Shown here piece by piece: positions 53,081 through 62,945 of a stretch of DNA of 64,000 nt. The DNA lies in the NCBI GenBank assembly GCA_965178125.1, contig OZ237764.1, forward strand, positions 558,001 through 622,000. Direction: 5' to 3'. Source of the DNA: Bilabrum cf. latius (lineage: Eukaryota). A program made the translations under genes and the position numbers. The notes under the pieces are model-generated. The model did not search any database. It saw only the letters and a program-made list of their open reading frames with translations, and was not told the origin of the DNA. Within the stretch, counting starts at the first letter, position 1. Every line of letters begins with the position of its first letter.

Positions 53081-54785
53081 GTTCCAGCACAAAGACCGCC
53101 CCACTGCGTTGGCCAGCTGCTGATGTAAATCCCGGGGCGCCAACGGCAAGCTGCATGGCGCACGTGCTGTTGCACGGCCCTGCACGCACGTCAGCAGATT
53201 CCACCAGCCCAAGTGCGGCACCAAACTCGGTGTCATGCTCAACAGACGCTGACAGCCCAAAGAATCCCAGCGAGCCGTGCTCGAGTACATCGTACCGCCT
53301 AACCGACAGGCCTCCAGTGGCCAGCCGAACCAGAGCCACCCCGCCCTTCGGGATGCTTGATGCTGAAGAGGGCTCGTGACCCGGGGCACCAATGGCCAGG
53401 GCGGTGACGATAGCCGTTGCATGTCCATTACTTCGACTGTATCCCGCTAATGAAGCTCCGAACTTTGCACCGTTCCCACCAACAATGCCCACATCTGCGC
53501 CATGTGTTCCCCCGATCGCAGCCATAGATGTTGCACTGGCATCGCCGGTACCACTGGTGAGCACGATCCATACCTGATTGTCCTCTGCCTGCGAGATCGC
53601 CATGTCTTCAGTGCCCGACCCGTCGACGTCTCCGATGTTTGCAATCGCGTTGCCGAGCTGGGCGTCGTTGCCGATGCCGTTGAAGTCGTTGCCCTGGGCC
53701 CCCCTCGCCCACAGCCGGTACCAGGTTGGCGCGGCGAGTGCAGCCGAGCACGACTCGGTAGTGGTGCTGGGTTGGGGATATGTTGACGTGCTGCCTGTTG
53801 ATACGGCGAGCTGTCGCTGCGGCCCGGGTGCAGCGATTTGTTGGAGGGCCAGGGCACTGGCACCTGCATCACGATGTGCCAGTGCCAGCCCTGTCGCGGC
53901 GGCAGCCGGCCGAGCTGGTTTCCCCGCGACGGCACTGGATCTACCCCTGCTGTTGGTCGCGTGCATTGATCTGGTTTTCCTGTGACTGCACATGTCAAAC
54001 CTTAAATCACCGTCCATTTCCACGAGAGGCAAGTACAGCTGCAGCACAGCTGCACCTCTCTGTGTTTCGCAGAGCTGCGGGGGCGACACTTTGGCCTGAG
54101 CCTGCTTCTCAGCACGTTGGATGCATGTTTTATCCTCGGTACATCCACCCGCAGCCAAATCTGATCTGGCATTGTCTCGACTACTGCCCAGATGGCTGCC
54201 TGACCTGGCATTGCTGTGCTATCTGATTGGGGACAGCCAATCGAACATCTGCGCAGCTAAGCCCGCATTATCCCGACTACAGCTGAACTAAATGTAAATT
54301 ATTAGCTCAATAATGTTATTCTGGACTGCGGGAACAAATGATAGCCCGGCAGCAGGCCGAATTACGGCGTCAACTGCAAGCTACCCAGCATGCACCTGCG
54401 CCGATGTCCTGCCAAAAAGGGACAGCTCCCCAGAGTCGGAGAATTTAAATAAGTCTATGGTCAGCGAAGAGTCCTCATAAGTCCAAGCTGACGATGTTGC
54501 AACAGATGAAATGCCCCCGCAATGCTCGTGCTAGCCTCCAACAACCCGTACATCGCGAGTGTGCTTGAAAGTGAATTCTCTCTCTGATGCAGAACCCGTT
54601 CGATTGGAGTACCCTAATTCGTACTACCAAGCGGCGCGCAATAATCTGATGACGGGCTTCCGGTTGCTCTCGAAGTGAACGTGAGCTGTGTCACTCCGGC
54701 TCAGCAAATCTTCAATTTTTGAGCTACACGATCGAATGGAAGCCGCAACATACGCAATCTGTAAAAGTGCAAAGGCAGCATACAT
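53080..54785 (-). pseudogene. 5' part of FG-GAP/integrin-alpha-like receptor B (intact allele would be ~2,084 aa)
   Basis: Probable ATG 54785 with signal-like MYAAFALLQIAYVAAS. N-terminal domain aligns with gene A. Motifs IGDVDGSGTEDMAI, FGASLA and LAIGAPG. The frame runs into the element after AVFVLEL and stops at TAA 52758. Confidence 0.78.
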
Positions 54786-54902
54786 CGCTTTACTCCCCTC
54801 TGTCGCAGTTGTGCAGAGAGAATATAAGCAAGGAGATCTGTTGATTGCATTCATCTTTGAAATATGCTTGGTCGCACAGTAGAGATTCCGGCACTGTATC
54901 AA

Positions 54903-56064
54903 CTAAGAAACACAATCACCGTGTGCCCCCGCCCTTGCTGCTTCCAGCACGTCCATATCCATACCATCCACCACCCCGGTTACCCAAGCTCCACCAGCCA
55001 ACTTGCCAAGCCTCAGCCGCTTCTCCAGCTCCATGGGCCTCCCCTCCCTCGCGGCCTGAAACACCATCGAGGCATCCCTGTGCGCTTCATGTGCCCGCCG
55101 CCACCGCACCAGCTGGTCCCCCCGTCTGGGATCCAGGTGCTTCACACGAGCCAGCTCCCCTGCGGGCACTAGCTCAAAAAGCTTGCCCAGCACCTCCCGG
55201 GGCCTGGCTCCCCGCTTGCTGCTGTACAGAGCTTTAGGCACCGGCAAATGCTCCGTCATGCTCCCGTACGACATGAACGACTGCGTTTCCCTGCATGCCA
55301 CATCCAGCCACGTCGCACCGGTCTCGCTGTCTAGCCCTTGTTGGTACACCCTTGACCCCCAGTGTAGGAGGATCGCGAGAGAGGCAGATGATTCCTCATC
55401 GCACGCTTGCCGTGCAGCATTCAATACTACCGCTTGCGGCTTGCGATCAAGCAAGCATCTCAAAATCTCTTCATGCGTTACAGACTACCAACCTGTATCC
55501 AGGGTACCGGCTCGACACATATACTCGAGGGATTGCAGCGCGCTTTGGCGAATGAAGCTCAAAACCAGTGTCACTTGTTTCTGCGTGATATCCTTCATTG
55601 GGAGCTCTCAATCAGTCACTCACTGTACTTTCACCATTCAAGGCAGGACACTAGCACGACATGATGCACGGGGTAGACTTCTTGCTCACACATCGCAATC
55701 TTGCAGACTTGGACAGAGCTCGCTACAGCACTGCAGGGCGATCGAACGCTCCAAGTGCATCGGTTATACCCAAATACTGCGTGAAAGGCAGACACTCTGT
55801 GTTGAAATGAACCATGGCGACGATGTGCTTTGCCTGTCTTGACTAGAGTTGCATCGTGCTCACCCTGTGGAGCTCGCCATCGAATCTTGAGCTCCTGGGC
55901 CAATGTGTCCTGCATAGCTTCTCTTCATACGTATCGAATAATGCAATGGCGAGGGCATCATTGCGATCATTCAAGGCTTGAAGAAAGCGCCTTTTCAATG
56001 CTGCCCACTCCCTGCAACCAATAAAACTGAAGATTGTAGCAGAAATCCCAATCAGGAAACACAC
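54903..56064 (-). CDS. Hypothetical helical/ankyrin-like protein, copy 1 (5' exon structure unresolved; no stop at its expected end)
   Basis: Last exon encodes GATWLDVAC, FQAAREGR and LEAARAGAHGDCVS (ankyrin-like). Upstream ORF 55843-56064 is in another frame, so an intron is presumed. Confidence 0.45.
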
Positions 56065-56385
56065 AGCTAATGGTTAAATATGTACCTATACAATAAGTCC
56101 TACACACCTCATCTGGTCAACGCAACTATTCTCAGGGCAGTCCTCGCGAGGACGATAGCCAACCCGAAGTGTACTTGTGTAAGCCTCTATCAAGGATTCA
56201 TGCGACACCATCCTACACAACTACCCACACGATGCAAACGAGCAAACGCGAACTCAAGCCCAAATGTATTAATGTGTCCAGACACCAGCAAACTGTGATA
56301 GATTCATACTTTAGCTTCTGTGAGAGTGAGAACCAAACAAACATTCCACCGTGACCGCCGGCGAAGAGCACCTTGCAAGGCAACC

Positions 56386-57534
56386 TCAGAATCCCACACC
56401 AGCTATCGACCCGCCCTCCACGCCCTCCACAAACGCACACAAATCAAAACAACTAGGCACCACACCACCAGACCCTCCCGCACCAGCCTTGTAACCAGCC
56501 TATGCGATGGATGCCCCACCAGCCCCGCCATCACCAGCCCCGCCATCACCAGCCCCGCCCCCCAGCACGAACTTCACCTGCCGAGGCACGTCCAGCACGA
56601 CCACCCGCACCGAATCATCACCGTCCTCGTCCCGCACCCAGGCCTTGTCGCACGCCATCCGCACCTCGTCCGCAGCCGTGTCGTCCTCGGGCCCCGCCAA
56701 GAAGAAGCGCGTCTGCCCCTCCGCCCCCCTCGTCACGTCGAACCGCCCACTGGCCACCTCCTCCAGCGCAGAGCGGAGTTTCTCCGATTTCTCCGCGTCC
56801 GTCAGCCTGTCCGCAAGCACCACCACGCAGCGGGTGCTGTTCAGCGCGCTGCCCGCACTCCGCAGCGGCGCCACTGGAGCCAGCCACGGGAACTGCGCGG
56901 CGCCCGTCTCTGGTTCCGCAGCGATGGACTTGGCGTTGTGGTGCACCATCCGGCCCGTGGGCGCGTGGATGATGGTGAGCTGCGGAATCTTCTGCACCCT
57001 GCACGCCAGAGCCAGTTGCTGGCTCACGGCCCCAGCACCCGGCCCCGCTTCACCGCCGTCTGCGTCAAACCGCAGCATGGGGAAGGGCATGGTCCCGGCG
57101 TACTCCTCCGTCTGGCCCCTGTCCGTGTCCGCCGACACGAAGATCACCTCGGACCCGGGCCGGATCGGCTCGTCGGACTTGCTCTCCTCCTCCTCCTTGG
57201 CTTCCTGCTCGGCCCCTGACGCTGCCCCGGCTCCAGAGGCGGCTCCAGCCTCGGCATCGGCCGGCGACGCAGCCTTCTTCGGTGCGGAACCGGCGCCGCG
57301 CGATCCGATCGTTACGATCGCGGGGTACATGCCCGCCAGCCTGGGAGTGAAGGTCTTGCACGGCTTGCAGAAGGCAGCGCTGAAGTACAGAGCCACGTAC
57401 TCGCTGCGAGCGCACACCTCCTGTAGCGTCTCTTCTCTCCCGTCCTTGTGCTGGATGACGGCGTCTTTGCGGCGAGCGATCTGGGCGAAGGTGGGCCGGC
57501 TGCAGGGGAAGTTCAGTCCGGCGGGATCATCCAT
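56386..57534 (-). CDS. Nucleoredoxin/tryparedoxin-like thioredoxin-fold protein, copy 1
   Basis: YVALYFSAAFCKPCKTFTPRL, EVIFVSAD, MPF, KIPQLTII and FPW. Reading through TAG 56500 gives the same GGSIAGVGF-TGA end as copy 2. Confidence 0.85.
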
Positions 57535-57698
57535 GACTTCGGTGCGTTCCGTTTTGCTTCAGCCTCTTGTTTTGCCTTTTGCCAATCACGCGACTGTTGC
57601 GTTCGATTCATGGAGATTCTTGTTTATTCTAGAAACTGCATCGGATTGGCCAGCGTGTACTTCAGGGCTCGAGCTGAAGCCAAATCTTGTGCGGCTCC

Positions 57699-60029
57699 AT
57701 GCAAACGGTACTGGTAAAGATGGCGGCTGTTGCTGCATTCTTGCTAGTGATGCTAGTGGTCGCTCCTGCAGCTGTGGCCGAAGAGCAAGGAGATTCGTTG
57801 ATGCTGCGGCATGATACAATGGTACAGCGGCCTGTTGGTATTTCGAAAGCCGCCAGGAACTTCATGAAGAGGGAGCAAAAGAGACGATCTGGCTAGAAAG
57901 GGAGGCGCAAGCAGGAAACCTAGCCTTCGGGCGGTCAATCGAGTAAGATCCCAGCCCAAGGTAGCACAGTCCATTCAGTGCTGAAAGTCGGCATGATTTA
58001 TGCATGGCCGCAGACCTTATCGGTTGAGGTAAGTGGCAAACTAGAGCACATCGACATGGGTGTCAAGGTCGGCATGACCAGCGATCGTTTCGAGCTTGAC
58101 AAGCTCGATCCGGACAGCCTGGTCCTAGCCACCCAAGTCGGATTCGGTGCAGAGGCAGCACAGGCTGCCGGCAGTGCGTCATTCAAGCCATACATCACTC
58201 AGGTATCGTCCAAAGATCCGCCGATTGCCGCTGTGGCCGGAAGCTCGGGTCCCAGCGTCGATTCATAGGGCGCTGGGAGCAAGGCCCAGTCTGGCTAGCC
58301 TTCCGGTGCTGTTGATTCTGCGAGTCAATCCGGCACGTTAAAATCTTCATCCTCTTCCGGTGCTTCGCGCGAGCCGACGTCCACCAGCTCCAGCGCTTGT
58401 GCTTAGAAGCCAGCCGCTGGGTTGGAGTTCCCATCCGATGGCACCGGCGCAGTGGGCTCTGGTGCTGGATAGGACAAGGCTTCGACGGCAACTGGAGGGG
58501 CAGCCACCGCGGCCCATAGTGAGCATACCTTGCCTGCCGGTGCATCTGTCGGTCCCTCAGTGCCCATGAGCGGGGCATCGGCGAGTGCTTCCTACCAGCA
58601 GTCCCCAGGTGGTGCCAAGGATCGACAGAAGATCTGGAGCGGCTTCCTCGAACTGAGCCACAGGGTTCTATCGCGCGCTCTGGACACGCTTGCGAGTGGG
58701 AATCCCGCCATCCTCAACTTCTGGCGTGAGGAAGTGCAGGGGGACGAGGGATCAGTCGTGTCATCCGATGGCTCGTCCACGGGGTCATCGCCACACAAGA
58801 AGCCGAGGCAAGAAGACCTCGCCGGGGACGGTTCGGATGGTGAGGACGGTGACCATGACCAGCAAGCCAGTGGTGGCGCGGCTTCCAAAGCAGGGGTGCC
58901 CGAAGCCGGCTACCCGCTCAGGATGGTGATGCCGCCCGTCGACGCGGACCAGCTCATCAGTTCACTCACGAGGATCACCAAGATGTCCACTCTGCTCGTG
59001 AGCATGGACCACTTCTTCGCAGCGCATGTCCTGGTAGATGCAGGGCAACGTGCCGGGTCTGCATTGGCGATCCCTGAGCCACTTGATGCGGGCAAGGTGG
59101 AGGAGTCATCCAAGGTTGCCCTGGACAGTGCCAGCGATGTGCTTGCCAAGGCTCGTACCAGCGATTCGTTGGATGTAGTGCAGCGATTCTTGTCGCGGTT
59201 CCCAGACTCGGATGGGGAGACGCATAGCGGACCAGCAAGGTCGGCCGAGCCCAGCGGGAGCATGGCAATGGCATCCGGGCCGGCGTCAGGGTCTGGTGCA
59301 GCAGAACTAGACCCATCGTCTGGCGCGAAGCGTCCTCGCACGATTGCAGTGCGTGGTGGCAAGGTCGAGCATCCAGCCGGGCAGCCGATGCACTACTCGC
59401 ATGGCGCGCAGACTGTGGAGAAGATAGCCCACCTGAACCTGCAAGCATTCGGGCTGGTGAAGCTGGGCTCCCTTGCTGGCACGACTGAGACATTCATACC
59501 TCTGGTACATGTCACTTCTGGGATGACGACTGCCGACCTGAGATCACGTATCACGACTGCAATTGATGCCGTGAAAGATGACGCGAAAGTGTTTGCAGTT
59601 CTGCTGGACCATGATTCGTTCTCAAAGATTATGCGTGAGGTGTACGCATTCAAGCAGAAGCTGGCCCCTGGTTGGCGCGCCGGAGGGATCGATCGTTCCA
59701 AGCTGAACCAAGACTACATTGCCCATTTGCGCGCTGCACTGACCGAAGCCATGGAGACCTGCCAATGGGTGGCTCTTTTGGATTCTTTGGTGGACGTGGG
59801 CGAGATCGCGATTCGCCTGGCGGAGCTGGGTGTTGTCGTGAACATGCGACCAGCAGAGGGCCAAGAATGGCTCAAGACCTTCACGCCGTCCAAATTGCAA
59901 GACTTCAACGAGATGGACTTGACTCCAGCACCCGATGAAGACGAAATAGCGATTGAGGCTGTGACATGGGCAGGCCCAATTCACTATGCGCACCACATGC
60001 TCCTGCTTAGAGACTGCCCGATGAATTGA
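57699..60029 (+). CDS. Hypothetical protein, copy 1 (start uncertain, 57699-57993); requires TAG=sense
   Basis: 57687-57896, 57978-58268 and 58530-60029 are in one frame with only TAG breaks. Ends TGA. No domain recognised. Confidence 0.65.
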
Positions 60030-60042
60030 AGCGTTTGTCGTA

Positions 60043-61237
60043 TCATACTTGCTGCCTGCTTCTGACACCCATCAACACACTCACGCAGTCCGCATGGCCT
60101 CCCGCCCTTGCTGCTTCCAGCACGTCCATAGCCACACCATCCACCACCTAGGTCACCCACGCCCCACCAGCCAACTTGCCAAGCCTCAGCCGCTTCTCCA
60201 GCTCCATGGGCCTCCCCTCCCTCGCAGCCTGAAACACCATCGAGGCATCCCTGTGCGCCTCATGTGCCCGCCGCCACCGCACCAGCTGGTCCCCCCGTCT
60301 GGGATCCAGGTGCTTCACACGAGCCAGCTCCCCTGCGGGCACTAGCTCAAAAAGCTTGCCCAGCACCTCCCGGGGCCTGGCTCCCCGCTTGCTGCTGTAC
60401 AGAGCTTTAGGCACCGGCAAATGCTCCGTCATGCTCCCGTACGACTTGTGCGATTCCGTTTCCCTGCATGCCACATCCAGCCACGTCGCACCGGTCTCGC
60501 TGTCTAGCCCTTGTTGGTACACCCTTGACCCCCAGTGCAGGAGGATCGCGAGAGAGGCAGCTGATTTCTCATCGCATGCTTGCCGTGCAGCATACACTAC
60601 TACAGCTTGCCGCTTCCGACGAAGCCAGAATCTCAAGATCTCTTCATGCGTTACAGACTACCAACCTGTATCCAGGGTACCGGCTCGACACATATACTCG
60701 AGGGATTGCAATGCACCATGGCGTATGAATCTCGTAACCAGTGGCACTTGTTTCTGCGTGATATCGATCAATGCAAGCTCACAGTGAATCACTCATTGAA
60801 CTTTCACTATCCAAGGCAGGACACTAGCATAACATGAGGCACGGGGTAGACTTCTTGCTCACACATCGCAATCTTGCAGACTTGGACAGAGCTCGCTACA
60901 GCACTGCAGGGCGATCGAACGCTCCAAGTGCACCAGTTATACTCATAAACTGCGTGAAAGGAAGACACTCTGTGTTGCAATGAACCATGGCGACGATGTG
61001 CTGTGCCTATCTTGACTAGAGTTGCATCGTGCTCACTCTGTGGAGCTCGCCATCGAGTGTTAAGTTCCTGGGCCAATGTGTCCTGCATAGCTTCGTGTCA
61101 TACTGATCGAATAATGCAATGGCGACGGCATCATTGCGATCATTCAAGGCTTGAAGAAAGCGCCTTTTCAATGCTGCCCACTCCCTGCAACCAATAAAAC
61201 TGAAGATTGTAGCAGAAATCTCAATCAGGAATGATAC
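60043..61237 (-). CDS. Hypothetical helical/ankyrin-like protein, copy 2 (5' structure unresolved)
   Basis: ORF 60148-60636 reads through TAG 60148 into VVDGVAMDVLEAARAGGHADCVSVLM...QQV-TGA (60043). The 5' coordinate is approximate, set by homology to copy 1. Confidence 0.5.
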
Positions 61238-61558
61238 AACAAATGCTCATATATGCACTCATACGATAAGCCGTACACACCTCATCTGGTCAACGCAACT
61301 ATTCTCAGGGCAGTCCTCGCGAGGACGATAGCCAACCCGAAGTGTACTTGTGTAAGCCTCTCTCAAGGATTCATGCGACACCATCCTACACTACTATCCA
61401 CACGATGCAAACGAGTAAACGCGAACTCAAGCTCAAATGTATTAATGTGTCCAGACACCAGCAAACTGTGATTGATTCATACTTAAGCTTCTGTGAGAGT
61501 GAGAACCAAACAAACCTTCCACCGCCGGCGTGACCAAAGAGCACCTTGCAAGGCAACC

Positions 61559-62722
61559 TCAGAATCCCACACCAGCTATCGACCCGCCCTCCACGCCCTC
61601 CACAAACGCACTCAAATCGAAACTACTTGGCACTTCTACACCACCAGACCCTCCCGCACCAGCCTTGCAACCAGCCGATGCACCGGATGACCCGCCAGCC
61701 CCACCATCACCAGCCCCACCATCACCAGCCCCGCCATCACCCGCCCCGCCCCCCAGCACGAACTTCACCTGCCGAGACACATCCAGCACGACCACCCGCA
61801 CCGAATCATCACCGTCCCCGTCCCGCACCCACGCCTTGTCGCACGCCATCCGCACCTCGTCAGCAGCCGTGTCGTCCTCGGGCCCCGCGAAGAAGAAGCG
61901 CGTCTGCCCCTCCGCCCCCCTCGTCACGTCGAACCGCCGACTGGCCACCTCCTCCAGCGCAGAGCGGAGTTTCTCCGATTTCTCCGCGTCCGTCAGCTTG
62001 TCCGCAAGCACCACCACGCAGCGGGTGCTGTTCAGCGCGCTGCCCGCACTCCGCAGCGGCGCCACCGGAGCCAGCCACGGGAACTGCGCGGCGCCCGTCT
62101 CTGGTTCCGCAGCGATGGACTTGGCGTTGCGGTGCACCATCCGGCCCGTGGGCGCGTGGAGGATGGTGAGCTGCGGAATCTTCTGCACCCTGCACGCCAG
62201 GGCCAGCTGCTGGCTCACGGCCCCGGCACCCGCCCCCGCATCGCCGCCGTCTGCGTCAAACCGCAGCATGGGGAAGGGCATGGTCCCGGCGTACTCCTCC
62301 GTCTGGCCCCTGTCCGTGTCCGCCGACACGAAGATCACCTCGGACCCGGGCCGGATTGGCTCGTCGGACTTGCTCTCCTCCTCCTTGGCTTCCTGCTCGG
62401 CCCCTGACGCTGCCCCGGCTCCAGAGGCGGCTCCAGCCTCGGCATCGGCCGGCGACGCAGCCTTCTCCAGTGCGGAACCGGCGCCGTGCGATCCGATCAT
62501 AGCGATGGCGGGATACATGCGCGCCAGCCGGGCAGTGAAGGTCTTGCACGGCTTGCAGAAGGCAGCGCTGAAGTACAGAGCCACGTACTCGCTGCGAGCG
62601 CACACCTCCTGTAGCGTCTCTTCTCTCCCGTCCTTGTGCTGGATGACGGCGTCTTTGCGGCGAGCGATCTGGGCGAAGGTGGGCCGGCTGCAGGGGAAGT
62701 TCAGTCCGGCGGGATCATCCAT
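61559..62722 (-). CDS. Nucleoredoxin/tryparedoxin-like thioredoxin-fold protein, copy 2 (387 aa)
   Basis: Uninterrupted ORF, FCKPC motif, ends TGA. TPRL of copy 1 is TARL here. Confidence 0.85.
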   Translation of the reverse strand: MDDPAGLNFPCSRPTFAQIARRKDAVIQHKDGREETLQEVCARSEYVALYFSAAFCKPCKTFTARLARMYPAIAMIGSHGAGSALEKAASPADAEAGAASGAGAASGAEQEAKEEESKSDEPIRPGSEVIFVSADTDRGQTEEYAGTMPFPMLRFDADGGDAGAGAGAVSQQLALACRVQKIPQLTILHAPTGRMVHRNAKSIAAEPETGAAQFPWLAPVAPLRSAGSALNSTRCVVVLADKLTDAEKSEKLRSALEEVASRRFDVTRGAEGQTRFFFAGPEDDTAADEVRMACDKAWVRDGDGDDSVRVVVLDVSRQVKFVLGGGAGDGGAGDGGAGDGGAGGSSGASAGCKAGAGGSGGVEVPSSFDLSAFVEGVEGGSIAGVGF

Positions 62723-62945
62723 GACTTTGGTGTGTTCCGTTTTGCTTCAGCCTCTTGTTTTGCCTTTCAGCTTCTGAGGTCGGCAGGGCTCAGGCGGGTC
62801 CAATCACATATGAACGAAGACCCTTTTGCCAATCACGCGACTGTTGCGTTCGATTCATGGAGATTCTGGTTTATTCTAGAAACTGCATCGGATTGGCCAG
62901 CGTGTACTTCAGGGCTCAAGCTGAAGCCAAATCTGGTGCGGCTCC

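Noticed and set aside
56507-57814. Long + strand ORFs opposite the nucleoredoxin genes (also 61530-62777)
   Set aside because: GC-rich antisense shadows; the minus strand carries the recognisable thioredoxin motifs.
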